64,000 nucleotides of DNA from Oopsacas minuta (lineage: Eukaryota; Animalia; Porifera), in contig JAKMXF010000312.1 of the NCBI GenBank assembly GCA_024704765.1, forward strand, positions 325,309 to 389,308, written 5' to 3'. The notes under the pieces were generated by a model. The model searched no databases. It worked only from the letters and a program-made list of their open reading frames with translations, and was not told where the DNA came from. Position numbers and translations under genes: made by a program. Each line of letters starts with the position of its first letter. The stretch's first letter is position 1. Below, piece by piece: positions 12,925 to 26,600 of this stretch.

Positions 12925-13131
12925 TATGCTCAGTATTATTGCCCTGAGCCTTTTTAGATTGTTTGATGTTTTTTGCGTTTTTATTGTATAGATTGACTAT
13001 CATTTAGTATTTATGGTGAAATCAGACAACTCTACAATTATACAACACAACTTATCAAAAGAACAAATTATTAGACAATATGGCAGCAGGTAATGTTCAG
13101 GTTCTCATCATACACTTCTTTCTTCAACTCA

Positions 13132-16100
13132 CTATAGTATTGCAGTATCACAGTAGTACTCATTCATCAGTGCGAAGCAAGATAAGTAGTGATTCTAGAA
13201 AATATTAATATATAAAGTTCCACACTGAAAATGGCTCAAATGTAAGAAATTCGCGCGAATATACAAATTTTAGTTTGAAACATTAGGTTGTGGGAAAAAT
13301 AGTAACTCACCAACTCTGGGATAGAATTCATTCTTTCACTTCTCAATTTCTTGATAATTTGGAAAATATCAACCTCATTCCTCCCAATACTTTCCTGTAT
13401 AGCTTTAAAGAGGGTATACAGAATGCCTGTTTTGGCTATACCATCTGAGCAATGTATTATGATAGGAGAATTTGGGTGATCGCTTTTATGGGAGTTTATC
13501 GCCTTCAGTAGCTTTACAATAGCGCAGATATCTGTAGGTTCATCTGAAGAACTCCATTTGGTAGATATAATCTGTGTGAACGTGTGCATTGAGCTATCTA
13601 GTGTATGTGTGAGCGTGATTACCTTTTTATCAATAGCTTGCCAATTATCACATTTTGTCATTGTTAGAATGAACGGTGCACATTTTCCAGGGCCGGAACT
13701 CGTTGGCCAATATTGTATAAACTCGCTCTGTCCACTTTCAATCAACATTTTCTCTGTATATGTTGTTAGCGTTACAATTAAGCTCGCTTTGAATTGGTAC
13801 ACCATTTGGAGGAAGTCTTGTAGCGAAAATACAGTTGGATTTAGTGTGATTATCATATTTGAGGATTCAAGGTAGGTTGCATTGATGTAGTCCGTTTCAA
13901 AGTGCTCTGAATAAAGTAATACGCGGTTTTTATCATATGGCAGACTGAATTTTAGATGGTTTTTATTCTTGTGCTTCGGATCTTTCGCGATAGAGCACGT
14001 TTCTTGGAATGCTTTCTCACATTGATAATTCAATTCGCTGAATTGTTTTAGAAAGGCTGATATATAACCATCTATATCTGACTTTAAATAGAGTTTGTAT
14101 GTGTTCGTAAAGTCTTTTGCTTGGATGGAAGTTTGACCGAATAACATCTCCAATACGGCCAAATATATGAATTTGTATTGACGAAATGTTTGTACCATCT
14201 GTGGACGATGTTCCCTCATCTCGTATACGATTCGATATATACTTATTGCTCTGCCTTTTTGTATAGCCTTTGCTAAATTGAATAAAGTCATGAATGTCCC
14301 TGTGCGGCCTACACCTGCAGAACAATGCACTAGAATAGGTGATCTCGTTCTTGAGATACCTTCATGGACTTTCCTGACGAATGAAAGGAGTTCATCGAAT
14401 TGAGTTGGGACATCGTGATCTGGCCATGCTGTATAATGGAAATGTTTGACGTCAAAGCTATGAACACTGTCTGTAACAGTAAATATTCGGACGGTAAAGC
14501 CTATATCCACAGTTTCACTTTTAAGAGCGATGTTATATACCCCAATCTGCAATATATTGTACTCGTCAGTTGGAAAATATCTCTCACATTTCTGCTTACC
14601 ATTTTCAATCAGTTTTGTTAGCATTACAATATTAACGATGTTATTTTCAATAATCATTTTCCAGAAATCTTCGATCGTCGTATCCTTCGGTGCCTGTGCA
14701 GCAATGAAGCTATTTGGTACATATACACCTGGTATAAGACTCGCGTTAATATAATCTGATCTCGGGCCTTCACTTCCATATTGACTCAGTATAACACGAG
14801 ATTTATCATATGGATATACTTGTTTATATTTATTCTTGTGTTTATTGTATACGACTAATGCATTATCGCATGCATATCTAAGCGTTTTTCCTCCAAGCTG
14901 TTCATATTCACCTTCCAATTCTCCTTCATTTTCCCAAATTCTATCCAACTGTGATTTGTACTGTTCTAATGGTATTGGTCTCATAATAGGATCGACTATC
15001 TCCTCTATCTCTTGGTAGTTGCCTGAGTCACGTTTATTAGCAGGTTCCATTCTATCATATATAGGAGTTATGCGGTCATAATGTGGTTCAATTGTGGCAT
15101 AACTGCCTGAACCTTGTGACGTTTCTATATCTGTCTCTACACGGTTTATAATGATATTTCTGTCTATATTGGGCACTATTCCGTTAAGGTGATCATTGTG
15201 GTAAGTCTCTGTGATGTTCTCAAGTCTTATAGAATCAATACCCTGGTTTCCTTTCTTTATACTGCAACAGTAGACTATACAGGAAAACATGAGACAGCAT
15301 ATTATTAGAGCTACAATTACGATTGCAGCTATTATTGGTATTAAGAATGGTAAGATTTCTATGATAAGTTCTGAGGTGGTTGTGGGTGTAATGTTAGTGA
15401 GTTGAATATCTGTGAAATTTCGCGATCTAACTGCAGTGAATGCGTATTCTAATTCTACTATGAATGTGTACTGTACGTTTAGTGCTAAGCCTGTAATATT
15501 GTAGGATAGTTGGGATGTTTCGCCAATTAGTTGTTCACTGACGTCATTTACTGAGTATATACGGAAATATTCTTCAGATAGGGGTATTGGTGTCTCTACT
15601 AACTCCCATTCTAATAAGATAGCTGTGTTGTCTATCTGTGTACTTGTGAGCTTCGAAATCCGTTGGATGAAAAAATCTATATACAGTAAAATGTGAAAAT
15701 AAGTATGATGAATCAGAATACAGTTAAACCTACACAAACCGGCTTGTGGAAACGGAGTGAAAATATATAGAGCAATACAAATGAGCCTCACAAACGGTGT
15801 GTCATTTCTCGGTGTCCCTGACACCCTGTTTGTGGTACTGATAAAAAATCTAAGAAAACAAACTTACTCTGCACTACAAGATTAACCATCATCAGTAAGG
15901 TCCTTGTTTGATCCCATGTTTGTTCAGAATACAGACTATAAACTCCGTTATCTTCAATCCTTACCACACTGATCTCCACACTATTCTGTTGAATAGTTAC
16001 CCCATTCGGTAAGACCCATTCAACATTCTGGATATTAGAGGAGAGCACTAATTTTCTTGTTAAGACGTCGAGAGGCAATTGGTTTTGATTTGGAGGTAGA

Positions 16101-19100
16101 AGAGATAGCGAATTGATGTTATTACTAACAATAGTAATTGGAGGACCTATAGAGAATACTAGCATAATTAATATGCCTTTAGCAGTACCCTTCGCTCATA
16201 AATATTAATAAATAATACCTTGGACAAGCACGCTTGCTGTTAACAATATCATTCCATCCAATAAATGAGTACACAGTAGAGTAGGATCTGTATCCACTAA
16301 CTCAACACCATTCTCTCTTATATTAAGAGGATTAGATAGGTTAGTTGCGTTGATGCCTTGCCTTCTCCATGCAGTGTTGTGCAAAGATGCATTGGCAGTT
16401 GTGTTGCAGTATAGAATCGCTTCAAAAGTGTCTATACCCACTATATATGTATAGTTTACCGTTGGGAGAGCAACTACATTGGTAGAAAAGTGGATAACAT
16501 CTTGTGAAAACGTAAAATTTCGCAGTATAGATTATTTCTCACCTATTAATCGACTGAAGTTGAATACCCCTGCCAAAAATGTTAAGGGTATTCCGCCCAT
16601 GCTAATCTCACATCGATAGAAACCTGAATCAGATACAGTCAGCTGACTCAGACCATTGACAGTTTGTGTTGCGTTACTTGTCACATCAGTTGTGTTTGAT
16701 AAAGATCCTTCACTGTACGTCCATCTGGTGGTTAAGTTGTTCTCATTTACACATATTAATATCACTGATTCAGTGAAGTATGTTGCATTATTTAGAACGA
16801 TTGATCCATTAGGAGGCAGCACTCTCCCAAATAGACTAGCTGCAGAAAGAACTATGATAAAACTTGTACTCGCTTCGAGCAATCGCTTTTGGCCGAACTT
16901 ACTGACTTTAAGCATTGATTGAGTATCATGTCCCGTCAAAAAAGTGGAATGACACAGTATTGTGGCAGGCACGGTAACACATTGTCTTGCTAAAAGACTA
17001 CTTGTTTTGCATGTATGCACGAAACTTAACTATTTTTTCTATCTATATATGTAACTTACTTGCTTTTTTGCAAAAATAGCAATCATATGTTATAGAACCG
17101 TTGACATTAATCCATCCTATATCATCAGTAAATGTTTGAAGATATGTGCCATCTTCTTGAGGCAAATTGTTGGTAGGTTCAAAGTCAAAGAAATTCCTGT
17201 AAGTGCTGTTGGAGCCATCAATCCATGAGAATTGATCTCCATCTAGTCCAGCTTCTATATCTCTATCATTAAGTCCAATCCAGCATCTTCGATCAGTTGT
17301 ATTAGATATATTTGTGAATATATCACTCTCAATGGCCGATGCGATGCTAGCCAAATGTCCGTTGAAAGTAAGGCAATTCATTTCTGACTCGGCCCAAGTT
17401 AATCCTGTGTCCACAATATGAAATGTGATGCATGATCCCTCATATATTGCATCACAGTAGTCAGCAATACCTAGTTTAAAGAATTCGTTATTTAAATCCC
17501 AATACATGACATTATCAGGGATTTATCAAGGCCAGTTCAGCAGCCATGAAGACACAAAGTGTCGATTATGAGACCCAGGTTAGTAAAGGATCAATACCGC
17601 CAAAAAGGTGCCATCCCATGAAAGTGCCTACAACAAAAGTGGCGTTCCAAGATTTCCTGGATAAACTCCTTGGCTTAGACATTATTTATTATATCTGTAG
17701 GCATTATATATTATACCTGTTGTAGTTATGCGTATCTGTGTAGCAAGGACCTCTTCATTATCACAGTTGAAAGTATAAAACTGAAATATTTCATCATAAG
17801 TTTCATACAAATCATTTATAACCAGGACACTCTCTGTGAAATCCTCGCCTCCGAGCAATCTCCATGTACCCATTGATAAACTGCTTGAGAGGGTTAATGT
17901 CTGTGCTGGTAAAGGTAGAGATATAGAGTTCAAGTTAGGAGCTATTTGGCTATGAATCTGATTCTGTCTTCCAGAGTATGTTAATGATATTGTAGGAGCA
18001 CCTAAAGGTAAGCAAACATGAAATATATCAACAACAAATATGGAGCGAATTTCTAGTCTCATAAATGAACTTCATAAACGAGAAACTAGGTATCACTTTT
18101 CGGTGTCCCTGGCGCTGACATTCCGTTTATGGAGGTTACACTGTACTTACCTTGTAAGTTGAGTGATGCTGTCAATAATACTACGTCATCAGCGGTGATA
18201 TCAAAACATTCTAGAACATTCTGATTTGTTGGAAGAGTATCTCTGTTTACAAATATGTTTAACGGATTAGTATATACTATGCTATCTACTCGCCATCTAA
18301 TATTTGCTAGCGGTATTGTTGGAGATAAATCGCATAAGATTTCAATGTTTTCTCTGTCTAGACCTATCGTATAGTTGTATGAAGATCCGTCACTTGCAAC
18401 TATAATATATGAGAATCAGTAAATATTAAATATCTTTGCACATCCAGATTTAAATTCAATATTGCAAAGCAGATTTCGAAAAATGTCCGGCAAGAGTTTC
18501 AAGTTAATCGGCCAAAATGCATGGCAGAAAATTGAAAGCTCTAATTGCACACCATAAGACCATTCAAATGAAATGTAGATAAGTTCATGAAATGTTACAC
18601 TTTTGGATCGGTTTTGACAATTTTTGGAATTTGATCTCTAAAATTGAAAATTCTTCACATATTACATTACCTATTGTTTTATTCATATCGAACACTCCTG
18701 CGGTGAAGAACACAAAATCTCCAGCATTTTGTGTAACTCTACAACGATAGAATCCTTGATCTCGTGTATTGACAGATAGAGTGCTTAGACCTGTTGCTGG
18801 ATCCCAAGACGTTGCTTCTAGTGTAGTTGAAAATGGAGCATATGAATCTGTTGCAAACGTCCAAATAACTTCAGTATTCGTTTCTGTTACGCAAAAGAGA
18901 ACTTCGTCTGTGAATAGTATAGCATTGTTACTGAGAGCTGTATGTACACCATTTGTAACTGTGCCAAATTGTATTACTAAAAAATTCTATATAAATATGG
19001 GAATTACGCTATGAATGATATTACACTTACTGTCTCCACCGCATATATAGCATTTTTTATTTGTATTACAGGAATCATAATTCCATCTCTCACTATTGCT

Positions 19101-19812
19101 ATACTTTGTTTCAACACATTCTCCATCTATAACAGCAGTAGTTGCACTATTAAATAATTGGAAAGCACTCAAACTTCCATCAGCCCATACATATCTGCCT
19201 AAGTTTCTAATATCATTCAATCCAATCCAACATCTACTGCCTGGAATTATTGTAAGAACTAATTTGTGTTCTTCAACATTCCGTATTGTTGCTAATGTAT
19301 AGTTATCTTCTTCACATATATTTTGTGATTCTTGCCATGTTTTTTCTTCATTTGGACCTCCAGTTGTTCTTATGTGCCTGAAGCAGTATCCGTTTAGAAT
19401 ACCTTGACATCCAAAACGTGGGACTATTGAAATTAAATGAATTATAAATGGAGTTATTATGAACCCATTATGTTAATTTCCAGAGATTATATATGTTAAA
19501 TCCATGTATTTTTACACACCCATAAATAGCAATTTCAGGCTATTATTTGGGGAAATGGCACAGAAATTTCCAAACATTTGATTTCTTGTAAATTCTCGGG
19601 GTAATCCATCAGGGATCCCGTCAGCATTGGAAAGTATGAAATAATTACTTTAAAAACTCGTTTTACTGACTATGGTATCCATGAACAGTTTGTAGTTTAT
19701 ACCAAAGCTGTAGAAAAGTAATACTATCCCTGTTCTTACCTTGACAAACTGCAGTTAAGATATTTACAATCAATATCGTTGTAAATAGAAAATATTTGGA
19801 TTTAAAATACAT
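13132..19812 (-). CDS. Receptor gene 2: receptor-type protein tyrosine phosphatase, SP-(CTLD-Ig-Ig-Ig)x2-FN3-TM-PTP D1-PTP D2
   Basis: Exons 19812-19740 (SP MYFKSKYFLFTTILIVNILTAVCQ), 19423-19031 (CTLD), 18976-18671, 18399-18151, 18001-17717, 17470-17060 (CTLD), 16839-16543, 16473-16219, 16146-15868, 15676-13311 (FN3, TM ILPFLIPIIAAIVIVALIICCLMF, D1 KNKY/WPDHD/HCSAGVGRTG/QTFRQY, D2 HCSDGIAKTG), 13194-13132 (stop). All junctions keep frame. Confidence 0.9.
17515..17673. mobile_element. Possible short MITE with degenerate TIR (cagggatttatcaagg / cctggataaactccttg)
   Basis: Imperfect ~17-bp inverted ends bracket a more GC-rich intronic stretch. Confidence 0.35.
18065..18143. mobile_element. Tc1/mariner-like MITE (AACCTCCACAAACGG family)
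   Basis: Ends ccgtttatggaggttacactg|TA, with internal ttttcggtgtccct shared with copies near 15780, 23470, 55990, 62814 and 63945. Confidence 0.7.
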
Positions 19813-20374
19813 AATTCTAAAATAAACAAACCTATCACTTGTCTATATTTATACTTTGCTTGTGTTAGTAATCCTTTGAATTGCAAACCTCTTAAATAAG
19901 ATTATGCAACTAGACATTTGATCACTTGCTAAAATCAGCAAGTATTGGCGTAATTTTGACTTTTCCTGTAATTTTCAACATCAGTGCACATAGTGAAACA
20001 TCTAATTAATTGCTTATTATATACACAATTAATCTTAAGGTTATTAATTACTTGATTAACCAAATTTGATTTGATTTGATTGTGTAACTATTCACCGATA
20101 ACTCTAATGTATTTTGATAGCGCTAAATAGCATGAAGGTTCAAAATTATCTCTTAAAATTCTATATTTTATTTGAATTTATTGACTAAACTCTTTGTATT
20201 TAATTGATTTGTAATTAAGGCAAATATTTAATTATTTTCCATTTGGTTAAGTATTCACCACAATTGTAGATTGATTCTTAAAATACTTGCAAAGTTATTT
20301 CAAAAGTCCATAAATGATTATGGAATTCAATTTCTATGCAGAGAAATTATATAGATTTTATCAATCCCAGCGCA

Positions 20375-20483
20375 CAGCGGTTCCCAACCTGGAGTCCTTA
20401 CACCTCTTTTTGTACACAGATGACTGCAGGGGGTCCACAGAATGTGTTAAAATTGGTATAGGGGTCCATGGGTGAAAAAGGAT
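20375..20483. mobile_element. hAT-like MITE remnant
   Basis: Starts cagcggttcccaacct and ends ggggtccatgggtgaaaaagg, resembling hAT-type CAG(T/C)GGTTCCCAA termini; a similar start occurs at ~49985. Confidence 0.4.
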
Positions 20484-20651
20484 GCTATAGCACTTACATG
20501 CGCTCGCCATCCTGCTTCACTTTCAAACAAAATATTATTCTTATCATTTGATAATTATTTTAAATATCATACAGGATGCCAGATACTAACAAGATTTACA
20601 CCCTATCAGATAATGTTCATACAATATACATAAATAGAAATAATGAGATTC

Positions 20652-23600
20652 CTACTGGTAAAGGTTATTCGATGTAAAGTAGGCGTTTAGTAGAGAGTAA
20701 CAGCTTGTGTAGTTGGTCTAAATAAGACAAATATAGCAGATAAATAGGCGTAGAAATTATATAATGGATAGCATAATTAATATTTGAATTGGTTAGCTGA
20801 GATCACTCGTTCATGTATTGGTGTGACAAATTCCATTATACATATGTAAACACAGCTAAATTGAGTACTTAGGAGCGATTAGCTAGTAATCTCCTATTAG
20901 TATTTTGATTCGTATTGTGTACGTGTATTTGAATTAAGAGTGTTTCGTCAATAGAAAATTTGTTTTCTAGTAATTGTAATCATACGTTGTTATGAAGAAA
21001 TCTAAGGATAGTATTACCCATTACATATAGAGTTAGGTAATATTATTTCTACAAGAGCACCAAGGATTTTACACCGTCGGCACAGATCAAAAAATATTTT
21101 TAACTCACCAACGAAGGAACGAAGTTCATTCTCTGACGACGCAACTGTTTAACTAACTGGAAAATATCAACTTCATTGTTCTGTTGTAAATTCTGTATAC
21201 TCTTGTACACAGTATAAACAACACCTGACTTTCCTATACCATCAATACAATGCAATACTATTGGCCGATGCTTGATCACTTCAGTTTCGTTCTGCAATAT
21301 GTTTAGGATATCTATAACCTCATCTGTATTAACTGGTTCATCGTTTTCATCCCATGAAGTTGAAATTATCTGCGTGAAAGTGTGCATTCTATTTTCATAC
21401 CAGTTTGTTAACTTTATCACATTTCTTATCAAACCGCCAACTTCTTCGGATTCGACTACCTCCGTGCGGAAAGGCATTACATCTATGAACTCTGGCATAT
21501 TCGGCCAATAAGGCACGCAATTTGACTGTCGATTGACTATATCAGCGTACTCCTTAGGAGTTGTAATCATAATCACCATTAATGTCTGTGTTTGGTACAG
21601 CATTTGTAGGAAATCTAATATCGTGTCCTCTACAGGGTTAATAGTCAGGATATACTTGTAAGAATCCAGATAGGACGCGTTGATGTAATCCACAGGTAAA
21701 TCTTCTGATGATAATACAACGCGATTATGGTCGCATGGGAGAGCGTTTTTAATTGGATTTTTGGTGTCATTCAGCATGTCCATTCCTACATAACACTCTA
21801 ATGGAAATCCCTTTTCACTTTGATACTCGAGTTCGTAGTATTGTTCAAATAGGATAGAGACAGTTCCTTCTTTCTCAGATTCCATAAACCTCTGGAAAGT
21901 GCTAGGAAATTCGGAACCAGCTATAACAGTGTTTTGGTATAGTAATTCTAAAATTGATAAGTAGATGAATTTGTATTGACGGAAAGTTTGCACCATTTGT
22001 GGACGATGTTCTCTCATTTCGTGGACAACTCTATAGATGCTAATTGGCTGTTGATTTTGAATTGCTTCCAACAGGTTGAAAAGTGTTAGAAAAGTTCCAG
22101 TACGGCCAACACCCGCTGAACAATGTACGACAATAGGCTTTTCAGCGTTTAGAATTGAACTCTTTACAATATTCACAAATTCTAGGATATCCTTGAAAGT
22201 CGTCGGTACATCATGATCAGGCCATGCTGTGAAATGGAATTGCCGAATGTTTCGAATTAGCGTGCCGTCCATCACTGTCATTCGTCTAATAACATGAGAT
22301 GCAAACATATCTTCACCACAGAATACAACTTTATAACGACCGAAAGTTTCAAGATTTTCAGTCGCAAAATACTTTTCGCATTTCTGTTTTCCACCTTCGC
22401 GCAAATTTGTTACCATCACAATATCATTGACCTCATGTTCCATTACCATTCTCCAAAAATCCTCGACTGTGCTTTCCTTGGGGCCCTGTGCTGCAATAAA
22501 TGTGTGTGGCACGTACACACCCGGTATGTATGAAGCATTAATATAGCTTGTAAGAACACTATTGCCCTCTTGCATTAGGATTACACGGGATTTATCATAG
22601 GGCAAAGTATCAATGAATTTATTCTTCGCGCTACTGCCTTCAATTTTGGCTGCTGTCCATGAATACCTTCGCTGTGTGCCGCCCAAACTTTTGTATTCAC
22701 TTTCTAGTGCATTCCTTTGGCTCCATACTGTATCCATGTGATGTTTATAGTATTCAAGTTGGATAGGTTCAAAATACGGATTGTCTTGAGCATTCTCGTT
22801 AATTGTTATGTTCTCATATGCACTTGTACTCGATAGAATTTTTGGGACATTTTGGTGTTGCTCATCAATAAGATTAGGAGCAAAGTTTGGATTTGTATAT
22901 TGTGTATTGTGCTCAATCGATTTAGCTTTCTCCATACTCACAATCTCTGGTTCTTCTCCTAGAAGATTCGATTTAACAAATTGCCGAGGTTTACGTGTAT
23001 TCAACCAAATTAAGAGCGTCAATAGAACCATGAGTATACCCAAAGTCAATAAGAGAATTACTACGACAGCAACAACTATAAGTGTTGTTGTTGAATTTTG
23101 AGTTTCTGGTAGATTTGTTGCTGCAATATACTCGAAGAAATGTATGATTTCTTTGCTACTTGTTTGTATGGTGAAAGCATAGGATAGTTCAATACGTATG
23201 GTGTAATTTTGATTCGACGTTAGCCCAGTTAGATTGTAGGAGAAGGCTTGTGTCATTCCTGCTATAATATCTGTATTACCAATTCCGTAGTATATGGTGA
23301 ACATTTCGTTTGAGTCATTTGTCTGTGGAAATGTTAGATCCCAGGTTATTCCGATTGTGGTAGAGTCTAATGTTTCTGGGTATATGCCCTTTATTGTTTG
23401 CTCAAAGGCTCCTAAAAATAGAATTGATGAAATTCGACAGTAAATTACTACTGTGTACCGTACAAAACGGGATATCAGGGACGCCGAAAATGCTGTCCCG
23501 TTTCCTCGTATCTAGGAATTCATGCAAAATTATCTCATTACGTCTCCAGAAGTTTCAGTTTCCATAGGCCCCATTCTCAGAGGTTACATTGTATAATATC

Positions 23601-26600
23601 TGTGAATGCAGTATGGATTATGTGATTACATTGTTTTGATCTTACCTGTTACTTTGAGTTCAAAATCAGCTGTTGTATATACTGTACTATTAGATGAACT
23701 TCTCTTCACTGCAAATATCCCTGCGTGCTCTACCATTAGAAGCTCTATTGTGTATGGCTTGATTGCTAGTTCGGTACGTTCTTGGTTATCAAGATCAATT
23801 GTCCATAGACAAGTGATTAAACTGCAGTCAAATTGGATGTTAGTTGTCAACACTGGAATCTCAAGTGTTTGTGCCATTGGGAACATATTGTTGGTTGCAT
23901 CATCGAATGTCATTGTTGTATCACCATAGGTAATAGTAACAACAACAGAATCTGCAAATATAATAATAATAATAATTTTAGAGTTTTCAAGATTTTGGCA
24001 TAGATTTTGCCTGGATTTTGTATGAACCCTTCAAGTGTATAGCGTGAACTTCGAAGGCTCATCATTTGGCTACACTAATATATAATTACCTCTTATATCC
24101 AAGTTTACGCCTCCTAATACAGTAGCAGGGCTCATTCTGTAAAAGCATCTCAGTACAAAATCTCCACTACCTACAACACTGAACACTTCATCCAAACTAA
24201 CAGGATTCCCAAACTCAGGAGAGTATATTCTATCTTCAGATGTGAGTACTCTTTCTGGTGTCCAGCGTATTGAACTATCTGCAATGGTAGAGTCAATATT
24301 TTCATAGTATAACATTGTAGGAGACCCTGCTGTATATCCTATCTCTATTGTGCTATTAAAGTCATCGAGTGTAACTGAAATATGAAATATAAAAAGCCAA
24401 TTTTCTAAAGTTTGCATTTTCACTTACTTATGGTAGAAGTAGGGTCTAAAATGAAAATGTTATGAGAAATTGATCCATCAATAACGCATGCGTATTGCCC
24501 AGGTTCTTCAGCAGAAATTTCGAGTATACTGAATCCTGTTGTTGAGTTAAAATCCGCACTTGATGTTTTACTGATGACATGATCACTACCTACAATACTA
24601 TACAACCATTCAATGTTGGAAGTGCTGTTGTCTGTTGCACACACTATTGATACACTGGTTGATGGCTGAATTGCTGTACCATTGGATAATGGTGTTATCT
24701 CGTTTAAGCCTTCAATTCTGCCAATATTTGTGCCTATAACAGGATTATTAACTTGAATTCAGCGTTGCTATAATATGAAGAATTTTGGTTTTGACATGAA
24801 CATTGCAGAAACTATGAACTTAGGGCATGAACCTTTGGCATAGACTTTAAGTTGGCAACACTTAATTTTAACTTTTAGCTGTGTAAAGGGCACCTTCTTA
24901 AAATGTTATACAAATATATCAACACAAATCATTACAGTATAAATACCTTGTGTGAAAACTGAAATCTTGAGTACCACCTCCTCTTGGCTTGATTCCCAAA
25001 ATTTTACAGAAAATTGAACATCTCCATTATGCTGTAGTGACATTATAGGAATATTCAAATCGGTTCCTATTTCATATCCTCCTAGAGATTGACTCCAGCT
25101 TCCGAACAGAAGATTACTTTGTATTACTACATTTTGTGCGTAAGTAGGTATCTGTATTATGGTATTACCATAGGGTTGTCCGAAGTATTGTGGGTCAGCT
25201 CCATCGTAAAATACAGCAAGATTTGCCTCACCTAAATATTGTAAAAAGTATATAATTATAGTTATTTAAGGCCTAGTATAGTATACTATTGGTAAGGTAA
25301 ATTGTCCAGAGACATAATTTTCGGGAAGAAGGCACTCTGAACTTTACTTTGCAATTTTGGGCACAATAAACTGATTTGTACTTTTTGAGATTTGTCCATG
25401 CAAAGTGATTGGACCTTGCTGGCATAAAGTCTTACCCTGGATGTTTAATGTTGCTTGAATTCTGATGTCAGACTTAATTGTTACATAACAATATATTTCC
25501 ATGATACTTGGCAGTTCAATATTCACAAGTGACCTAACTGTAACAGGATTTGGATGGGGGGAACCTCCGATTAGCCAAGATACATTTCTCAGGTTGATAG
25601 TTGTATCCATGGGGTCACAATGTAGTTGTATTCCATCACTGTCTATACCCACTGTATAATTGTAAGTGTTTCCCCCAGTAACAGCTAAATGTATATGATT
25701 AGATATTCCACTTATATACAGTCGAATTCGGCTTTTTACTCGTGCGTTTTGTGGGGTAAAAACTCGATTTAGACTGTATAACAATAAACTCTAGAATACT
25801 TACCAGTTGTTGCTGTTGGGCTACGAGTAAATACACCCATATAATATGTGACTTGAATACCATCCATTGTTATTTCACAATTATAATATCCTTCTAAATC
25901 TAATGTAGCTTTGAATTTACCAATACCATACAAAGTTGTAGCAGTAAGGCCTTGCACATTTTTACTAAATGTTGTTTGATGCCCCCAGTAAACAAGGGAA
26001 CCCGGTTCAGATGTACAAACTAGCCAAGTGTCAGCGTAGAAAATTGAGTTGATAGGCTGCACTGTATATTGCCCTGAGGAAGTTTCTATCGCAACAGGAC
26101 TACCTATAGGAATAGAAAATAACAAACTGTGAAACGCAATAGGAAGTCAAAGATTTATGCAAACCTGTTTGAGAAATATCTATAGCGAATATTTCCTTCA
26201 CTTCACCATTCCAAGTTTGATTCGTGTTGAAACTGTATCTTCCAGGTGATTCCAATGTAAATAATTGAATTATTGCAGTGTTATTTGGTATAAAGGGGTA
26301 AATAGGAATTGTCCATGTACCAGACTCTATATTCGTTATAAGTGTGACGTCAGTTGAATAGAGTGGAATTGTTATAGAGATTGGATCAGGGCTTACAGTA
26401 CCGTAATTTGTAGTATCAAATCCAGTGTAACTTAGCATGAGCATAGGATCTATTACAAATGTTCAAATCAAAAGATAGAATTTTTAGGCATTTAATAACT
26501 AACCATATATAGTAATCTGTACTGAAAATGTTGCTACACTTTCCATATAGCAGGTTAAATTCAAACTAGCCGCTATATTATTGATAACAACAGGATTGTT

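Noticed and set aside
14395-14430. WPDHD instead of WPDxG in D1 as a sign of inactivity or novelty
   Set aside because: WPDHDVP occurs in active PEST-family PTPs (e.g. PTPN22), and the P-loop and Q-loop are intact.
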